Shown: piece after piece, positions 9,884 through 20,790 of the stretch
Layout of the letters: every line of letters starts with the position of its first letter
How positions within the stretch are numbered: position 1 is the first letter of the stretch
NCBI GenBank assembly: GCA_965216565.1
Contig: OZ244170.1
Location: forward strand, 1,888,001 to 1,952,000
DNA length: 64,000 nt
Source of the DNA: Bythopirellula sp.
GTDB taxonomy: Bacteria > Planctomycetota > Planctomycetia > Pirellulales > Lacipirellulaceae
Direction of reading: 5' to 3'
Program-made: the position numbers and the translations under genes
Notes under the pieces: model-generated
Database searches by the model: none
What the model was told of the DNA's origin: nothing
What the model saw: only the letters and a program-made list of their open reading frames with translations

Positions 9884-10165
9884 TTACGATAAGCCTTGGG
9901 CGGCTTGATCTAGCAGCTTCTTGAGCTGGCGACGTTGCGTCTCGAGTTGATCAAGCTGCTCTGTCACGCTGGCAACCACTTCCGAATAGGTCAGTGGCTG
10001 AGAATCTGCGTCGGTTAGGGGCTGATCGACCGAGACGTCGTCGGCAAACACGGCATCGACAGCATCCGCCGGCAATGGCAATACGGTGCGACGCTTTTCG
10101 GCTGGTCTCTCACCAACGGTTCGATTCGCTCGTAGATTTGGTGTTTCGGTGATGTCTTTTCGCAT
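9884..10165 (-). CDS. Hypothetical protein with C-terminal coiled coil
   Basis: ATG MRKDITE; follows the diguanylate cyclase gene in the same orientation. Confidence 0.55.
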   Translation of the reverse strand: MRKDITETPNLRANRTVGERPAEKRRTVLPLPADAVDAVFADDVSVDQPLTDADSQPLTYSEVVASVTEQLDQLETQRRQLKKLLDQAAQGLS

Positions 10166-10216
10166 GGGAGAGTGCCTTATTCTAAATAACCTGATCTTTT
10201 GCAAATTGAAGGACTA

Positions 10217-12592
10217 CTAGGCAGTTGTCACTGCTACGACGTTTTCCGTATCGATTTCTCCTTGCTCCTTGGCCATGAGGTAGGCCTTGATGCTTTGGAG
10301 AATGAGTCGGGCCCGTTCAGCAGCTTCGAAACGGCGGCGACTACGGCCACTCTTAGGACGAATCTCAACTTCGATCTTTGTTTGGGCATACTGGCCCGTC
10401 GCAAATCCCAGTCCGTTGGAGCGTTCGACATGTTCCTCGCCAAATTGCAAGGCGACTCGATAAGTCACATGCCGATCTCCCTTGCGTCGATTGTGAGCGA
10501 TCGTCTCGCTAGAGACTTCCAGCTCCACCGACTCTTCCCGAGTCGAAATCACTTTGGCGCGATGGTCCGAGACAAAGCCTTTGAGCTTTTCGATTGCCAC
10601 GTCGATAGGAACGGCAGTCGTGAGAGTTGTTTGAACCACAGGTTTGGCCCGCAGGCGACCAAAGTTCCACCACTTCTTAGCAGGTTTTGCTTTTTCCATA
10701 CCATTACCTAATTGGACTACTTGGTTACGCCCTTGTTCCTTGGCCATTAGCAATGCTCGATCGGATCGTCGCAGCATTGTCTCGCAGGTGTCTCCAGCCT
10801 GCAGCTCCGTCACACCAAAACTGGCCGTCAGGCGTTTGTTGCCCAAACAAGCCAAAGGAGTTTCCGCCAACTTCTTGCGGAATTGCTCCGCTCGCTGTGC
10901 CGCGTCGGCGTTGTTGCAATCCGCACACAGCACCGCAAATTCTTCGCCACCGTAGCGAGCCACGATGTCGCCAGTTCGGCAGGTCGTGCTCAGCAGGTTG
11001 GCGAGGGCGATAATCGCTTCGTCGCCAGCCTGATGCCCGTAGGTGTCGTTGATGCTCTTAAAGTGGTCGATGTCGGTCATAATCAAGCTGCAAGGCATTC
11101 CGGCCTGATCATGGGCTTCAATGAACAAAGCCTGCATGCGGTCGAACTCAGCGCGATTAGCCACTTTGGTGAGCGGGTCTCGAGTGACTTCGGCGTGGAG
11201 CGCTTCGCACTTTTCTTCGAGCGAGGCTTCCGGCTGAGCATCGTGCAACAGCACGGTGGCTCCTTGAACGGATCCGTCTAAGCCTTGCACAGGAATGGCA
11301 TGCAAATCGATGGCAACATGCTCCCCCTGACGGCCGAGCATAAACAGTCGTTGCCGAATCTGTGAGTTCGTGCGAATGCTCTTGCCCACGGGGCAGGCGT
11401 CGTCAGAAACCCGCCGGCTCAGCTCGTTGCACATGTCGAGCAAACTTGGTGCGAATGCACGACCTAGTGCAGCGCTGCTGCTCACACCTGTCATCCGCTC
11501 CGCACCTTTGCTCCACATGCAGATTTTTGCTTGCGTATCGACAAAGATCACACCATCTCGCATCGAATCGAGTAGCTTTTGCTCAAACAGCGATCGTGGA
11601 TCCTGGCCGGACTCGACTTTGGTGACGAGCGACTTCGCATCAAACTCCCAGGGCAGCCCCGAGCTACTGTTGCTCAGTTCGCTCAGCCACCTGGCTGCAA
11701 CTTGGCTCGATAGCAAATCTTGTCTCTGGCTCAATGCATCAACGAATTGCTTCACCAGTTCTGGATCGAATTGCTTGCCTGCGTACTCGAACAATTCGCT
11801 AATTGCCTTTTCGCGCGGCTTGGCAGGGCGGTGAATTTGGTCGATTGTCATCGAGTCGAAGGCGTTCACGATTGCGATCATTCGTGCTTCGAGGGGGATG
11901 TCTTTCCCCTTAGCAGGGAGATCGCTGTTTTGTCCATCAAAGCGAACACTCGCGTAGTTCACGGCATTCAATAGTCTCTCGCTACTACAACAACTCGAGA
12001 GAATATCTAAGCCAATCTGACGGTGTTGGCTAAAGGTAACCATCTCCTCGGTATTCAACCGGCTCGGTTTCAGCAGCACGCCATCGGGAAGTCCAATCTT
12101 GCCGACGTCATGTAACAACGCCGCAAGCTCCAGGATGTCGCGTGTTTCGTCGTCGAGCTTTGAGAAAGACGCCCAACTGCTGCAGCCGAGTGCGACTCGC
12201 AAACTGTGTTCCGCTGTTGGGGCATGCTTATGTTTGAGTGCAGTAAACAGGCTGTTGGCAATTCCCAAGCGGACTTGAGTCAACTTATTGTCGTGCCGTT
12301 GCTTATCGGAATCAGCAGCAGTTGCGGGACGAGCCGACAATCCGCTCTCCGAAGCGGCCTCTTCCAGGGCACCCAACAGCATGCTGATTTCCGCCACGCG
12401 ACTCTCGGTGGCCGACTTTCGCGTGGAGTTCTCCGGGGCCACGGCTTCTGGAGGCGCAGGCTTTGGTGTCACCGCTTCCGTGGCGGCTTCCGATGTTGCC
12501 GGTGGCTGGGTAACCGAGGCATTTGAGTCCTCAGTAGGATTGGCAGCAAGATTGGCGGGTTGGTTGCTCATGGGGGAATCAATAGCCGTCAA
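10217..12592 (-). CDS. HD-GYP-like + PAS + GGDEF diguanylate cyclase
   Basis: LLHDVGKIG, PAS (GVIFVD...WSKGAERMTG), RDPLTKVANR, DIDHFKSINDTYGH, RTGD I-site, RYGGEEF. Confidence 0.92.
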   Translation of the reverse strand: MTAIDSPMSNQPANLAANPTEDSNASVTQPPATSEAATEAVTPKPAPPEAVAPENSTRKSATESRVAEISMLLGALEEAASESGLSARPATAADSDKQRHDNKLTQVRLGIANSLFTALKHKHAPTAEHSLRVALGCSSWASFSKLDDETRDILELAALLHDVGKIGLPDGVLLKPSRLNTEEMVTFSQHRQIGLDILSSCCSSERLLNAVNYASVRFDGQNSDLPAKGKDIPLEARMIAIVNAFDSMTIDQIHRPAKPREKAISELFEYAGKQFDPELVKQFVDALSQRQDLLSSQVAARWLSELSNSSSGLPWEFDAKSLVTKVESGQDPRSLFEQKLLDSMRDGVIFVDTQAKICMWSKGAERMTGVSSSAALGRAFAPSLLDMCNELSRRVSDDACPVGKSIRTNSQIRQRLFMLGRQGEHVAIDLHAIPVQGLDGSVQGATVLLHDAQPEASLEEKCEALHAEVTRDPLTKVANRAEFDRMQALFIEAHDQAGMPCSLIMTDIDHFKSINDTYGHQAGDEAIIALANLLSTTCRTGDIVARYGGEEFAVLCADCNNADAAQRAEQFRKKLAETPLACLGNKRLTASFGVTELQAGDTCETMLRRSDRALLMAKEQGRNQVVQLGNGMEKAKPAKKWWNFGRLRAKPVVQTTLTTAVPIDVAIEKLKGFVSDHRAKVISTREESVELEVSSETIAHNRRKGDRHVTYRVALQFGEEHVERSNGLGFATGQYAQTKIEVEIRPKSGRSRRRFEAAERARLILQSIKAYLMAKEQGEIDTENVVAVTTA

Positions 12593-12869
12593 GAATGTGT
12601 TGTTTGGTGTCCAGAGCCTAAGCGCAGTTCTTGGAGTAGAACTCCTATGTTGAAAACGTAGGTCACCGATGGCACCTCAGCAAACAACCTCTACCTCATT
12701 CCGCTCAGTAAGTGCGCAAACCGGCACAACCGTCACAGTCCGAACCATTGCTTGTCATACGCACCGAGCTGGAGTAGCTTGAAGACTCGAAGATTGGGCG
12801 ATAGACCAGTCGAGGTATGAGTGAGAGCACTCATAAATAGATTTCCAAAATCCCCCCAAAAGGCCGACC

Positions 12870-13745
12870 ATGAAACTCGTCACCTACCAAAGCGATACGG
12901 GCCCCAGATCTGGGGTGGTTTCCAGGGAAGATGGCGATTCATTCCACGTTGTCGATCTGAACCATGCCGATTCCGATTTGCCGACTTCTCTCAAGGAGCT
13001 ACTCGAATCGGGCGAGTCGGCCCTCAGGAGAGTTCAGAAGGCTCTCGACAAGAGCTCGAAACCTGCGGTGGAAAATCCGGCACTACTTCCAGTGATACCC
13101 GATCCCCAGAAAATCATTTGTGTGGGTCTGAACTACGCCGACCATGCTGCCGAGACCGGAGCCAAGGTCGGGGACGAACCGGTGATCTTCAACAAATTCC
13201 CCAGCACATTGCGAGGCCACGAACAAACGATCGAGCTGCCTGCCGTTAGTGCTCAGGTCGACTACGAAGCGGAGTTGGTCGTTGTCATTGGAAGCAAAGC
13301 CAAGAATGTTCGGACGGTGGATTCTCGCAGCCACATCGCTGGCTATTGTTGTGGCCACGACGTTTCCGCCCGAGATTGGCAAAAAGGAAAGCCCGGCAAA
13401 CAATGGCTCTTGGGCAAGAGCTTCGATACCTTTGCCCCATTAGGCCCATGGCTGGTAACGGCCGACGAAATTGCCGAACCCGAGAGTCTCAGCATTCAAA
13501 TGCGTCTCAATGGGAAGGTGATGCAAAGCTCCAGCACCAAGGAGCTGATTTTCAAGCTTGATTTTCTCGTCTCCTACCTCTCGTCGGTCTGCACACTATT
13601 GCCGGGCGATCTGATCTATACCGGCACGCCACCGGGCGTCGGGATGGCACGCACGCCCCCTGTTTTCTTGAAGCCGGGCGACATTGTCGAAGTCGAAGTC
13701 GAGCAGCTCGGCGTGCTTCGTAACGCAGTAGTCGCGGCCTCTTGA
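12870..13745 (+). CDS. Fumarylacetoacetate hydrolase family protein
   Basis: KIICVGLNYADH, VDYEAEL, HDVSARDWQ, GKSFDTF, GDLIYTGTPPGVG. Confidence 0.95.
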   Translation: MKLVTYQSDTGPRSGVVSREDGDSFHVVDLNHADSDLPTSLKELLESGESALRRVQKALDKSSKPAVENPALLPVIPDPQKIICVGLNYADHAAETGAKVGDEPVIFNKFPSTLRGHEQTIELPAVSAQVDYEAELVVVIGSKAKNVRTVDSRSHIAGYCCGHDVSARDWQKGKPGKQWLLGKSFDTFAPLGPWLVTADEIAEPESLSIQMRLNGKVMQSSSTKELIFKLDFLVSYLSSVCTLLPGDLIYTGTPPGVGMARTPPVFLKPGDIVEVEVEQLGVLRNAVVAAS

Positions 13746-13945
13746 ACTGCCAGTCAGTCATAGATTTCCTGCCTGATAAATCTTACCTAGCCAGAACAAC
13801 CCTAGAGCCGCAGGCTAAGCAACGGTTGTTTGGCTCGATCTGCCGATGCCGATTATGCGGATACGTCTGCTAGCCGGTCTGCCCCATGCTAGCAGACCTG
13901 GCAGATTTTGATTGCTCAATGATTTCTAAGTAGTCCCACACAACT

Positions 13946-15034
13946 ATGCCAAATAACAACACTCGCAACGGACGTCGGCGTCGCGTCTTGAACGAAGAAG
14001 TTCTCTCAGCAAGTGCTTTGGGCATCTCTGCCCGTAGTCGCGAGGAAGATTCGATCTCTCCTGGAGATACGCCGCGCTACGGGGTTGGGGCGAATATCGA
14101 GAACCATCCGCAAATCACCGACTACGTTCCGCGACGTTTTCGGATGATCTTTCTCGGGCTCTTTGTTGCCCTCGGGCTCGGTGCCTTCGGAGAGCTCGTG
14201 GCACTCAAGGCTGGCACTCTCAGCGAAGTGCTACCCGTTATTTCTGCTGAGCAGCTCACAGCAAAAGTCTCTGCTGGCCTCATCGCCTGGACTTCAGCCG
14301 TCGCCTTGCTCGTTGCCGCCTGTTATGCGCGGCTTGTCTACTCGTTGCGTCGCCATCGTGTCGACGACAATCGCGGTCGGTATCGCGTGTGGCGTTGGTC
14401 CGCAGCTCTGGCGGTCCTTCTGAGCCTGAATGCAGTGCTGGACGCCCATACCTTCATCGCGCAGGGGCTGGGCTTCGCAACTGGATGGAGCATTCTGGCC
14501 AACCATGCTCTTTGGTGGCTTGTGCCGGTATCCCTCTTGGGTGGCTGGCTGATGATGAAACTAATCATCGAAGTCAGCGAATGTCGTGCGGCTCTCTGCA
14601 CCTATCTACTGGCAGCGACTTCTCTGGTTGTTGCCGCCCTGGCAAATGTGTGGTCTCCCGCCTGGGCTGCGAGCTACCAAGATTCGCTCCTGCGAATCTC
14701 ACCACTATTGGGCGACATTCTGTTAATGGTCGGCACACTACTGTTTGCCCGCTACGTGGTGCTCGATGTGCAAGGACTCATCGAGCATGCCGAGCCATCG
14801 GCTTCCCCTAGTCCCAGCCTCTCTGTTGCCAGCACCAAGGACGTCGAAACTCCTCAGATCAACCAAACCGAGATGCGAGAGGTTGCCGAGGCGATGCCCG
14901 CAGCCAAACAGGAGAGTGCCTGGGTCGACGGCAGTGAACCAGAGCACGAAGACGACTACTCGGACGGTCGACGACTGAGTAAGGCTGAACGCAAGCGACT
15001 CCGCAAACAGAAGAACCGCAACCGGGCTGCGTAA
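13946..15034 (+). CDS. Multi-pass membrane protein, unknown function
   Basis: About six hydrophobic helices; basic C-terminal LSKAERKRLRKQK. Confidence 0.75.
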   Translation: MPNNNTRNGRRRRVLNEEVLSASALGISARSREEDSISPGDTPRYGVGANIENHPQITDYVPRRFRMIFLGLFVALGLGAFGELVALKAGTLSEVLPVISAEQLTAKVSAGLIAWTSAVALLVAACYARLVYSLRRHRVDDNRGRYRVWRWSAALAVLLSLNAVLDAHTFIAQGLGFATGWSILANHALWWLVPVSLLGGWLMMKLIIEVSECRAALCTYLLAATSLVVAALANVWSPAWAASYQDSLLRISPLLGDILLMVGTLLFARYVVLDVQGLIEHAEPSASPSPSLSVASTKDVETPQINQTEMREVAEAMPAAKQESAWVDGSEPEHEDDYSDGRRLSKAERKRLRKQKNRNRAA

Positions 15035-15173
15035 AGAGCATACGATGAACCCGAGAGCAGTCTGCCTCAGGGGGACTTCCATTCTACAGCCGCCAGCTTC
15101 CCCCGTAGACAACTCCCGTGGAATCGGCCATCATTCCGCTTAGATATTCTTGTTCTCGGAAGGTAAGCCCCAT

Positions 15174-16736
15174 ATGTCCGTACGCACCCGTTTTGCTCCC
15201 AGTCCCACTGGCTATTTGCACATTGGTGGTGTGCGTACTGCTTTATTCAATTGGTTGTTTGCCAAAGGGCAGGGGGGGCAGTTTATTCTACGGGTGGACG
15301 ACACCGACCAGCAGCGCAACGTCCAGGAAGCGCTCGAACCCATTCTAAATGGCTTCCGCTGGCTGGGGCTCGATTGGGACGAAGGGCCCGAGGTTGGCGG
15401 TCCGCACGGCTCCTATTTCCAATCGCAGCGAGACGACAAGTACCGCGCAGCAGTCGAGCAGCTTCTAGCATCCGGGGCCGCCTATCGCGATTTTGCCTCG
15501 ACCGATGAAGTCCAAGCCGAGCGGGAAGCGGCACAAAAAGAAGGCCAGCAGTTCACCTACAGCCGACGCTGGATGGCGGAATCAGACGAAGACGTCGCTC
15601 GATTCGAAGCAGAAGGTCGACAAGGACTCGTGCGGTTGAAAATGCCTCGCGACGGTGAGTACGTCCACCAAGACCTGGTCCGCGGCGAAGTCCGATTCGA
15701 CTGGACCCGCGAGCAAGACCACGTCATCCAACGAGCCGATGGCTCGTGCCTCTACCACCTCGCCACGGTGGTTGACGATTACGACATGCAGATCTCCCAC
15801 GTGATCCGCGCCGAAGAGCATCTCTCCAACACGCCCCGACAAGTGTTTATTGCTCAACAGTTGGGCTACGAACTCCCACAGTTCGCGCATTTACCCTACG
15901 TCGCCGAGCCCGGGAGCAAAAACAAGCTGAGCAAGCGCAAGCTCGACAAGTACTTAAAGAATCGCGATTTCGCGGGACTCAAGAATCACGGCCAAACAAT
16001 CGCTGACCGACTTGGCATGGAGGTCGACGCCGAGACGTTTAATCCGGTGATCGTCGATTTCTACGAGCAGGTTGGCTTTCTGCCCGACGCCATTCTCAAC
16101 TATTTATTGCTACTGGGCTGGTCTCTTGACGATCAGACCGAAGAGTTTACTCGCGAAGAAATGCTGGAACACTTTTCTCTGGAACGAGTCAACAAAGCCC
16201 CGGCGAGCTTCGATCCACAAAAGCTCTTGGCATTTCAAGATCGGGCCATGCAACATTTGCCTACCAAGCAGAAAGTGGCCAAGGTATTGCCTTTCTTACA
16301 ACAAGCCGGCTATGTCGACGACCCGCCGTCCTGCGACACGGCACCCTATCTGTCACAAATTGTCGAAGCGGCAGGCGATCGTATCAAGGTGGCTGGCGAT
16401 ATCCTCGACTATACCGACTTCTACACTGCAGACGACAAATTGGAGTACGACGAAAAGGCAATCCAAAAACGGCTTCGTAAACCAGAGAATGCCAAGGAGC
16501 TACTCAAAGAGTTTCGCGACAGGTTGGAGGCGACCGAACCCTACGACGCCGAGAATCTAGAACGCGAACTAAAAGCTTTTGTCGCTGAGAAAGAAATCAA
16601 AATCGGGCTAATCGTGAATGCGACACGCGTAGCAGTCACCGGCAAAGCTGTTGGTTTTGGCCTATTCGAGACGCTGGCCATCCTAGGACGCGAACGATGC
16701 CTCGCCCGTATCGATCAGGCACTCAACATAGAATAG
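15174..16736 (+). CDS. gltX: Glutamate--tRNA ligase
   Basis: [21 protein letters not shown], anticodon-binding C-terminal domain. Confidence 0.97.
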   Translation: MSVRTRFAPSPTGYLHIGGVRTALFNWLFAKGQGGQFILRVDDTDQQRNVQEALEPILNGFRWLGLDWDEGPEVGGPHGSYFQSQRDDKYRAAVEQLLASGAAYRDFASTDEVQAEREAAQKEGQQFTYSRRWMAESDEDVARFEAEGRQGLVRLKMPRDGEYVHQDLVRGEVRFDWTREQDHVIQRADGSCLYHLATVVDDYDMQISHVIRAEEHLSNTPRQVFIAQQLGYELPQFAHLPYVAEPGSKNKLSKRKLDKYLKNRDFAGLKNHGQTIADRLGMEVDAETFNPVIVDFYEQVGFLPDAILNYLLLLGWSLDDQTEEFTREEMLEHFSLERVNKAPASFDPQKLLAFQDRAMQHLPTKQKVAKVLPFLQQAGYVDDPPSCDTAPYLSQIVEAAGDRIKVAGDILDYTDFYTADDKLEYDEKAIQKRLRKPENAKELLKEFRDRLEATEPYDAENLERELKAFVAEKEIKIGLIVNATRVAVTGKAVGFGLFETLAILGRERCLARIDQALNIE

Positions 16737-16761
16737 CCGCGAATGGATAGCTCGCCGAAAC

Positions 16762-19700
16762 CTATCGGTTACTGCGGCGCGATTCACGATTCTGCTTGGG
16801 TTGCGGTTGCTGCTGCCCATTCTGACCCGCTTGTGCCTTTTGAGCCTGTCCCGCTTGCAAGGGCTTGCCCCCTGGCCAGGGCGAAGCCAAGGAATTGTTT
16901 AAGACTTTCTGGATCGTCTCGGCATCCAGCATTCCCTTCACTTCATGGGTGACGACTACCGTCTTGGGTTTGGCGGCCTCGTCGAGCTTACCGATGGTCT
17001 CGATAATGCTCTGCATCAACTCTTCGCGGGCACAGATGATTAGTGAGTTGGAAATCTCGTCGACACCCACCGACAACACACCGGCAAACTTGATCACCAT
17101 CGGGTTGCCCCGATCATCGCGGGTCCGCTGAATATCGCGGAAGACGTAGCTCCGTGAGGTACTAAACGTGGTGGACTTGCCCTCTTTGTCTTGAAATTCC
17201 TTATCTTTGGAACTGAGTAAATCGCGATAGGCATCACGCAACGACGCGGCAATATCGCTGGCACGCGAATACTTCACTTGAACGACTTCGGTCTTGCGGG
17301 GCAGAAAGTCTTCCTGCTCCGCCGGCTGATCGTATTGATCGATGATGCCTTTGATCGTGGCTAACTGCGAAGGACTAGCGTTAGCTACTATGACCGTGTT
17401 GGTCCAAGAATCGTCGATAAATCGTAGTGGCCTTCGCTTACCGAGCGTTAGCGGGCCAGGTTCGGGTTTGGTTTGCACTCTTCTGCCCCACCAATCGCGG
17501 GTTGAATCTCCTTCTTCCTCCATCTCGTCCTCAAAATAGACTTCTAGGTTGTAGACGACATCGTAAGCAGGAATGTAACGCAACTTGAAATAGTGAAACT
17601 CCGGCTCGGAAGGTGTAAGTGACTCCAGAATATCTTGAAGCTGGTCGAGTGCTTGCGTGTCCTTCGAGGCAATGATTAGCTCGCCTTCGGAATTGACTGT
17701 GATCTTGATGGGGGCAGGCTCAGCCGCAGATTCAACTTCGTTTGGTTTGGCATCTTGCACATCGCTAACAGTGTTCTGAACTAGCAGAAACTGAGTTCGA
17801 TTGACCCGGGTGAGACGATCATCTTCTCGTCCATCCTTTGGCTTGGCAGGCTGGTCGTTCTGCTGTTGTTCGGCAGACTCGATCTCGATTTCGAGTTTAT
17901 TGTCACCCGGCCAGGTGGCTTTGAGCTTCTCCAACAGTTTCTTCATCCCTTCTGGGTCTTGCGCTTTGAAACGTCGCACCATGCGATTGTCACCAAAACT
18001 TCCGTCCGGGTTTTGACGCAACTTTGTGATGAGCTTGTTGACCTCACCCAATTCATCCTCGCTGGCCCACAGCAGGAGTCGATTGTTTTCAATATCAGGA
18101 AAGACGCGAAATTTGCTCTTCGCATCGTCCTTCTTGTCATCCCTCCGAAAGTAATACCACGGATAATTATCTTCTTCGTCTTCCTCTTCCATGCCACCGA
18201 TGAGGGCCTGAATCGAACCGGCAACTTGATCGGCAGGTAAATTGGGCGGCAGCCAAATCACTTCGGCTCGCCGTCCCGAACCGTCTAGCGTGCCAATCAT
18301 TTCCTTGATCTTGTTGTGATCCTTGGAAGTAGCGTACGCAAAAATCGTTTTACTTTTGCTGTCGCTCTTCAACTGCGTGAGCGGATCGAGGTCGCCAATC
18401 TCGGTGAGCGCCGTGATGATCGAATCCGTACTGGCGGTCAGCGTCTTGTAGCGTTCCATCGAAAATTTGCCGTCGTCGATGGTAGTTTCACTCCGATCGC
18501 CAACGTCGAGGATCCGAATGGTCTCTTCAATTTGGGGGAATTTATCCTCCGGTGCATTAACCAGAACAATGTTATTTTTCTGATCCACCGCGACATAGAC
18601 CTTGGGCGCTCCGCCGCTCATGAGCTTCGACACATCTTTGCCCTGCTGCTGCATTTGCATCATCATCTGCATTTGCTTGGGATTTACCTGCGGGGCCTTG
18701 GGAGCCTTGCGAGTGGCAGGGTCGAGGCCAAGAATGATCATGATTTGATCGGCAACAAAGTCGGCACGACGATTGCTTATCTTGAAGAACCGGGGACTGA
18801 TGACCGAATCGGACGCCATCTGCTCGGCATAAAGCAAGTCACGCACGCTCCGCAAATTGGCCACGATATCGATGACCATGAGCCGCTTGGATGCCAATAA
18901 CGGGTGCACCTTGGCATTGGGACTCAGCAGCAGTTTCACGTCCTCGGCAGCCTTGGCCGGTTCCATCGTGGACGGCAACTCGAACTGGACACGGACGAAA
19001 TCGTAAGGGGCATGATCTTCTAAATCATCGGGCTGCACCTTCGGCACTAAGCTCGGATCGAGATTGCTGAGCTTGACGACCGAAAGCAGTTCGCCACGCG
19101 TAAGCATGGTGAATCCCCGCGCCAGCAGCCGTTGATTCAATAAATCATGTGCCTCTTGGAGCGTATACTTACGACGCGTTGTCAAATTAAGGAAATCAGC
19201 AGGCAACTCCATCCAATCGAGTGTGTACTTAGCGGCGTCGGCATAGTCTTCCAAAACGTCGGTCCAAGGTTGCCCGCGATAATTGAACTGCACTCGGCCA
19301 TCTTTATCAGCTTGGAGTTTAATGCGATTTGGATCGAACTCAGCCGGCCGATCGGTGGGACGCTTGATGGTTTTTGTATCCTCGCCTTTCTCTTCCTCCT
19401 TCTTTTCCCCTTCTTTGCTTTTGTCTTCCTTCTTGTCGTCTTTCTTGTCAGGCTGCGCGGACTTTCGGCCACGCTTCCTCGCCTCTTGCATCTGCTTGAC
19501 TTGTTCGGCAGTCATCGGTTGTGCGCCGAAGACCGCTTGCTGCGCCAAGACCTCTCCGCTGCCGAGGCATAGCAGCAGCACAATTCCCAATAAAAAAGCG
19601 CGTAGGCCATTCCAGGTACTAGGAGAAAGAGATGGGAGGTACGCCCAGGGGCGAGAGTTACGCGAAGCCATCTTCAACCTCTGCTCGGATAGAAGAAGGG

Positions 19701-19764
19701 AGAATGGGGAGGGCAGTCGGCACGTCGGGCGCCGAGCATACTTGCAGCCGTTATTATACCCCAC
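16762..19764 (-). CDS. Secretin N-terminal-repeat (GspD-N-like) exported protein; start may be 19671
   Basis: N0-like region (VQFNYRGQPW...), repeated N-domain motifs (DQKNNIVLVNA, DIENNRLLL, DSWTNTVIV, DEISNSLII); no C-terminal secretin barrel seen. Confidence 0.75.
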   Translation of the reverse strand: MGYNNGCKYARRPTCRLPSPFSLLLSEQRLKMASRNSRPWAYLPSLSPSTWNGLRAFLLGIVLLLCLGSGEVLAQQAVFGAQPMTAEQVKQMQEARKRGRKSAQPDKKDDKKEDKSKEGEKKEEEKGEDTKTIKRPTDRPAEFDPNRIKLQADKDGRVQFNYRGQPWTDVLEDYADAAKYTLDWMELPADFLNLTTRRKYTLQEAHDLLNQRLLARGFTMLTRGELLSVVKLSNLDPSLVPKVQPDDLEDHAPYDFVRVQFELPSTMEPAKAAEDVKLLLSPNAKVHPLLASKRLMVIDIVANLRSVRDLLYAEQMASDSVISPRFFKISNRRADFVADQIMIILGLDPATRKAPKAPQVNPKQMQMMMQMQQQGKDVSKLMSGGAPKVYVAVDQKNNIVLVNAPEDKFPQIEETIRILDVGDRSETTIDDGKFSMERYKTLTASTDSIITALTEIGDLDPLTQLKSDSKSKTIFAYATSKDHNKIKEMIGTLDGSGRRAEVIWLPPNLPADQVAGSIQALIGGMEEEDEEDNYPWYYFRRDDKKDDAKSKFRVFPDIENNRLLLWASEDELGEVNKLITKLRQNPDGSFGDNRMVRRFKAQDPEGMKKLLEKLKATWPGDNKLEIEIESAEQQQNDQPAKPKDGREDDRLTRVNRTQFLLVQNTVSDVQDAKPNEVESAAEPAPIKITVNSEGELIIASKDTQALDQLQDILESLTPSEPEFHYFKLRYIPAYDVVYNLEVYFEDEMEEEGDSTRDWWGRRVQTKPEPGPLTLGKRRPLRFIDDSWTNTVIVANASPSQLATIKGIIDQYDQPAEQEDFLPRKTEVVQVKYSRASDIAASLRDAYRDLLSSKDKEFQDKEGKSTTFSTSRSYVFRDIQRTRDDRGNPMVIKFAGVLSVGVDEISNSLIICAREELMQSIIETIGKLDEAAKPKTVVVTHEVKGMLDAETIQKVLNNSLASPWPGGKPLQAGQAQKAQAGQNGQQQPQPKQNRESRRSNR

Positions 19765-19767
19765 CGG

Positions 19768-20775
19768 CTAGGCCGATTCCAAATCAGAAATCACTGCCTG
19801 AGTGAATTCCCGGGTTGAAGCTTTGCCACCCAGATCGCCGGTTCGCACGTCACCAGCAGACAAAACGTTGCCCAGAGCAGTCTCGACGCGGTCGGCTGCC
19901 TCCCTCTCGCCCAGATAACGCAACATCAGCACTGCACTGAGAATCAAAGCCGTGGGGTTCGCAAGCCCCTTGCCGGCAATGTCAGGAGCGGAGCCATGCA
20001 CAGCTTCGAAGACCGCAAGATCCTCACCCACATTAGCACTAGGGGTGACGCCTAGGCCACCGACAAGCCCACTGGTGAGATCCGACAAAATATCGCCGAA
20101 CAAATTCTCCATCACCAATACGTCGAATTGACTCGGATCGCTCACAAGTTTCATCGCCGCCGCGTCGACAATGCAATCGTCGAACTCAACGTCGGGATAT
20201 TTCTCTGCCACCTCCCGGCATGTATCTAGAAACAGCCCATCACTAAGCTTCAAGATATTTGCTTTGTGAACGCAGGTGACACGCTTGCGATTCTGCCGCT
20301 TCGCAGTGTCGAAGGCGAACTTAGCGATCCGCTCCGAGGCCTTTTTGGTAATGACACGCAAACTTTCTACAACGCCTGGGACGACGGTATGTTCTAACCC
20401 GCTGTAGAGCCCTTCGGTGTTTTCGCGGATAACAATCAGATCAACATCTTCGAATCGTGTCTTGATTCCGGGAATCGATCGTGCTGGTCGAAAGTTGGCA
20501 AACAGATTCAGTTTCTGCCGTAACGCCACGTTCACGCTGCGAAAGCCAGTGCCCGAGGGCGTTGCCGTTGGACCCTTCAACGTGGCATCCGCAGCTTTCA
20601 CTGCTGCGAGCGTTTCTTCAGGCAACGGATCACCGAGTGCCTCCAACGCCGACTGGCCTGCTGCGGCTTCGCTCCAGTCCACTTCGACACCGGCAGCTTC
20701 GACAACCTGCTGCGCTGCTGCGACCACTTCAGGTCCAATTCCGTCGCCGGGGATCACTACCATGTTGTACGACAT
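19768..20775 (-). CDS. Isocitrate/isopropylmalate dehydrogenase family (likely NAD-dependent IDH)
   Basis: IPGDGIGPEV, RENTEGLY, HKANILK, NLFGDILSD, FEAVHGSAPDIAG. Confidence 0.92.
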   Translation of the reverse strand: MSYNMVVIPGDGIGPEVVAAAQQVVEAAGVEVDWSEAAAGQSALEALGDPLPEETLAAVKAADATLKGPTATPSGTGFRSVNVALRQKLNLFANFRPARSIPGIKTRFEDVDLIVIRENTEGLYSGLEHTVVPGVVESLRVITKKASERIAKFAFDTAKRQNRKRVTCVHKANILKLSDGLFLDTCREVAEKYPDVEFDDCIVDAAAMKLVSDPSQFDVLVMENLFGDILSDLTSGLVGGLGVTPSANVGEDLAVFEAVHGSAPDIAGKGLANPTALILSAVLMLRYLGEREAADRVETALGNVLSAGDVRTGDLGGKASTREFTQAVISDLESA

Positions 20776-20790
20776 CGAAGAATTCTCTCG

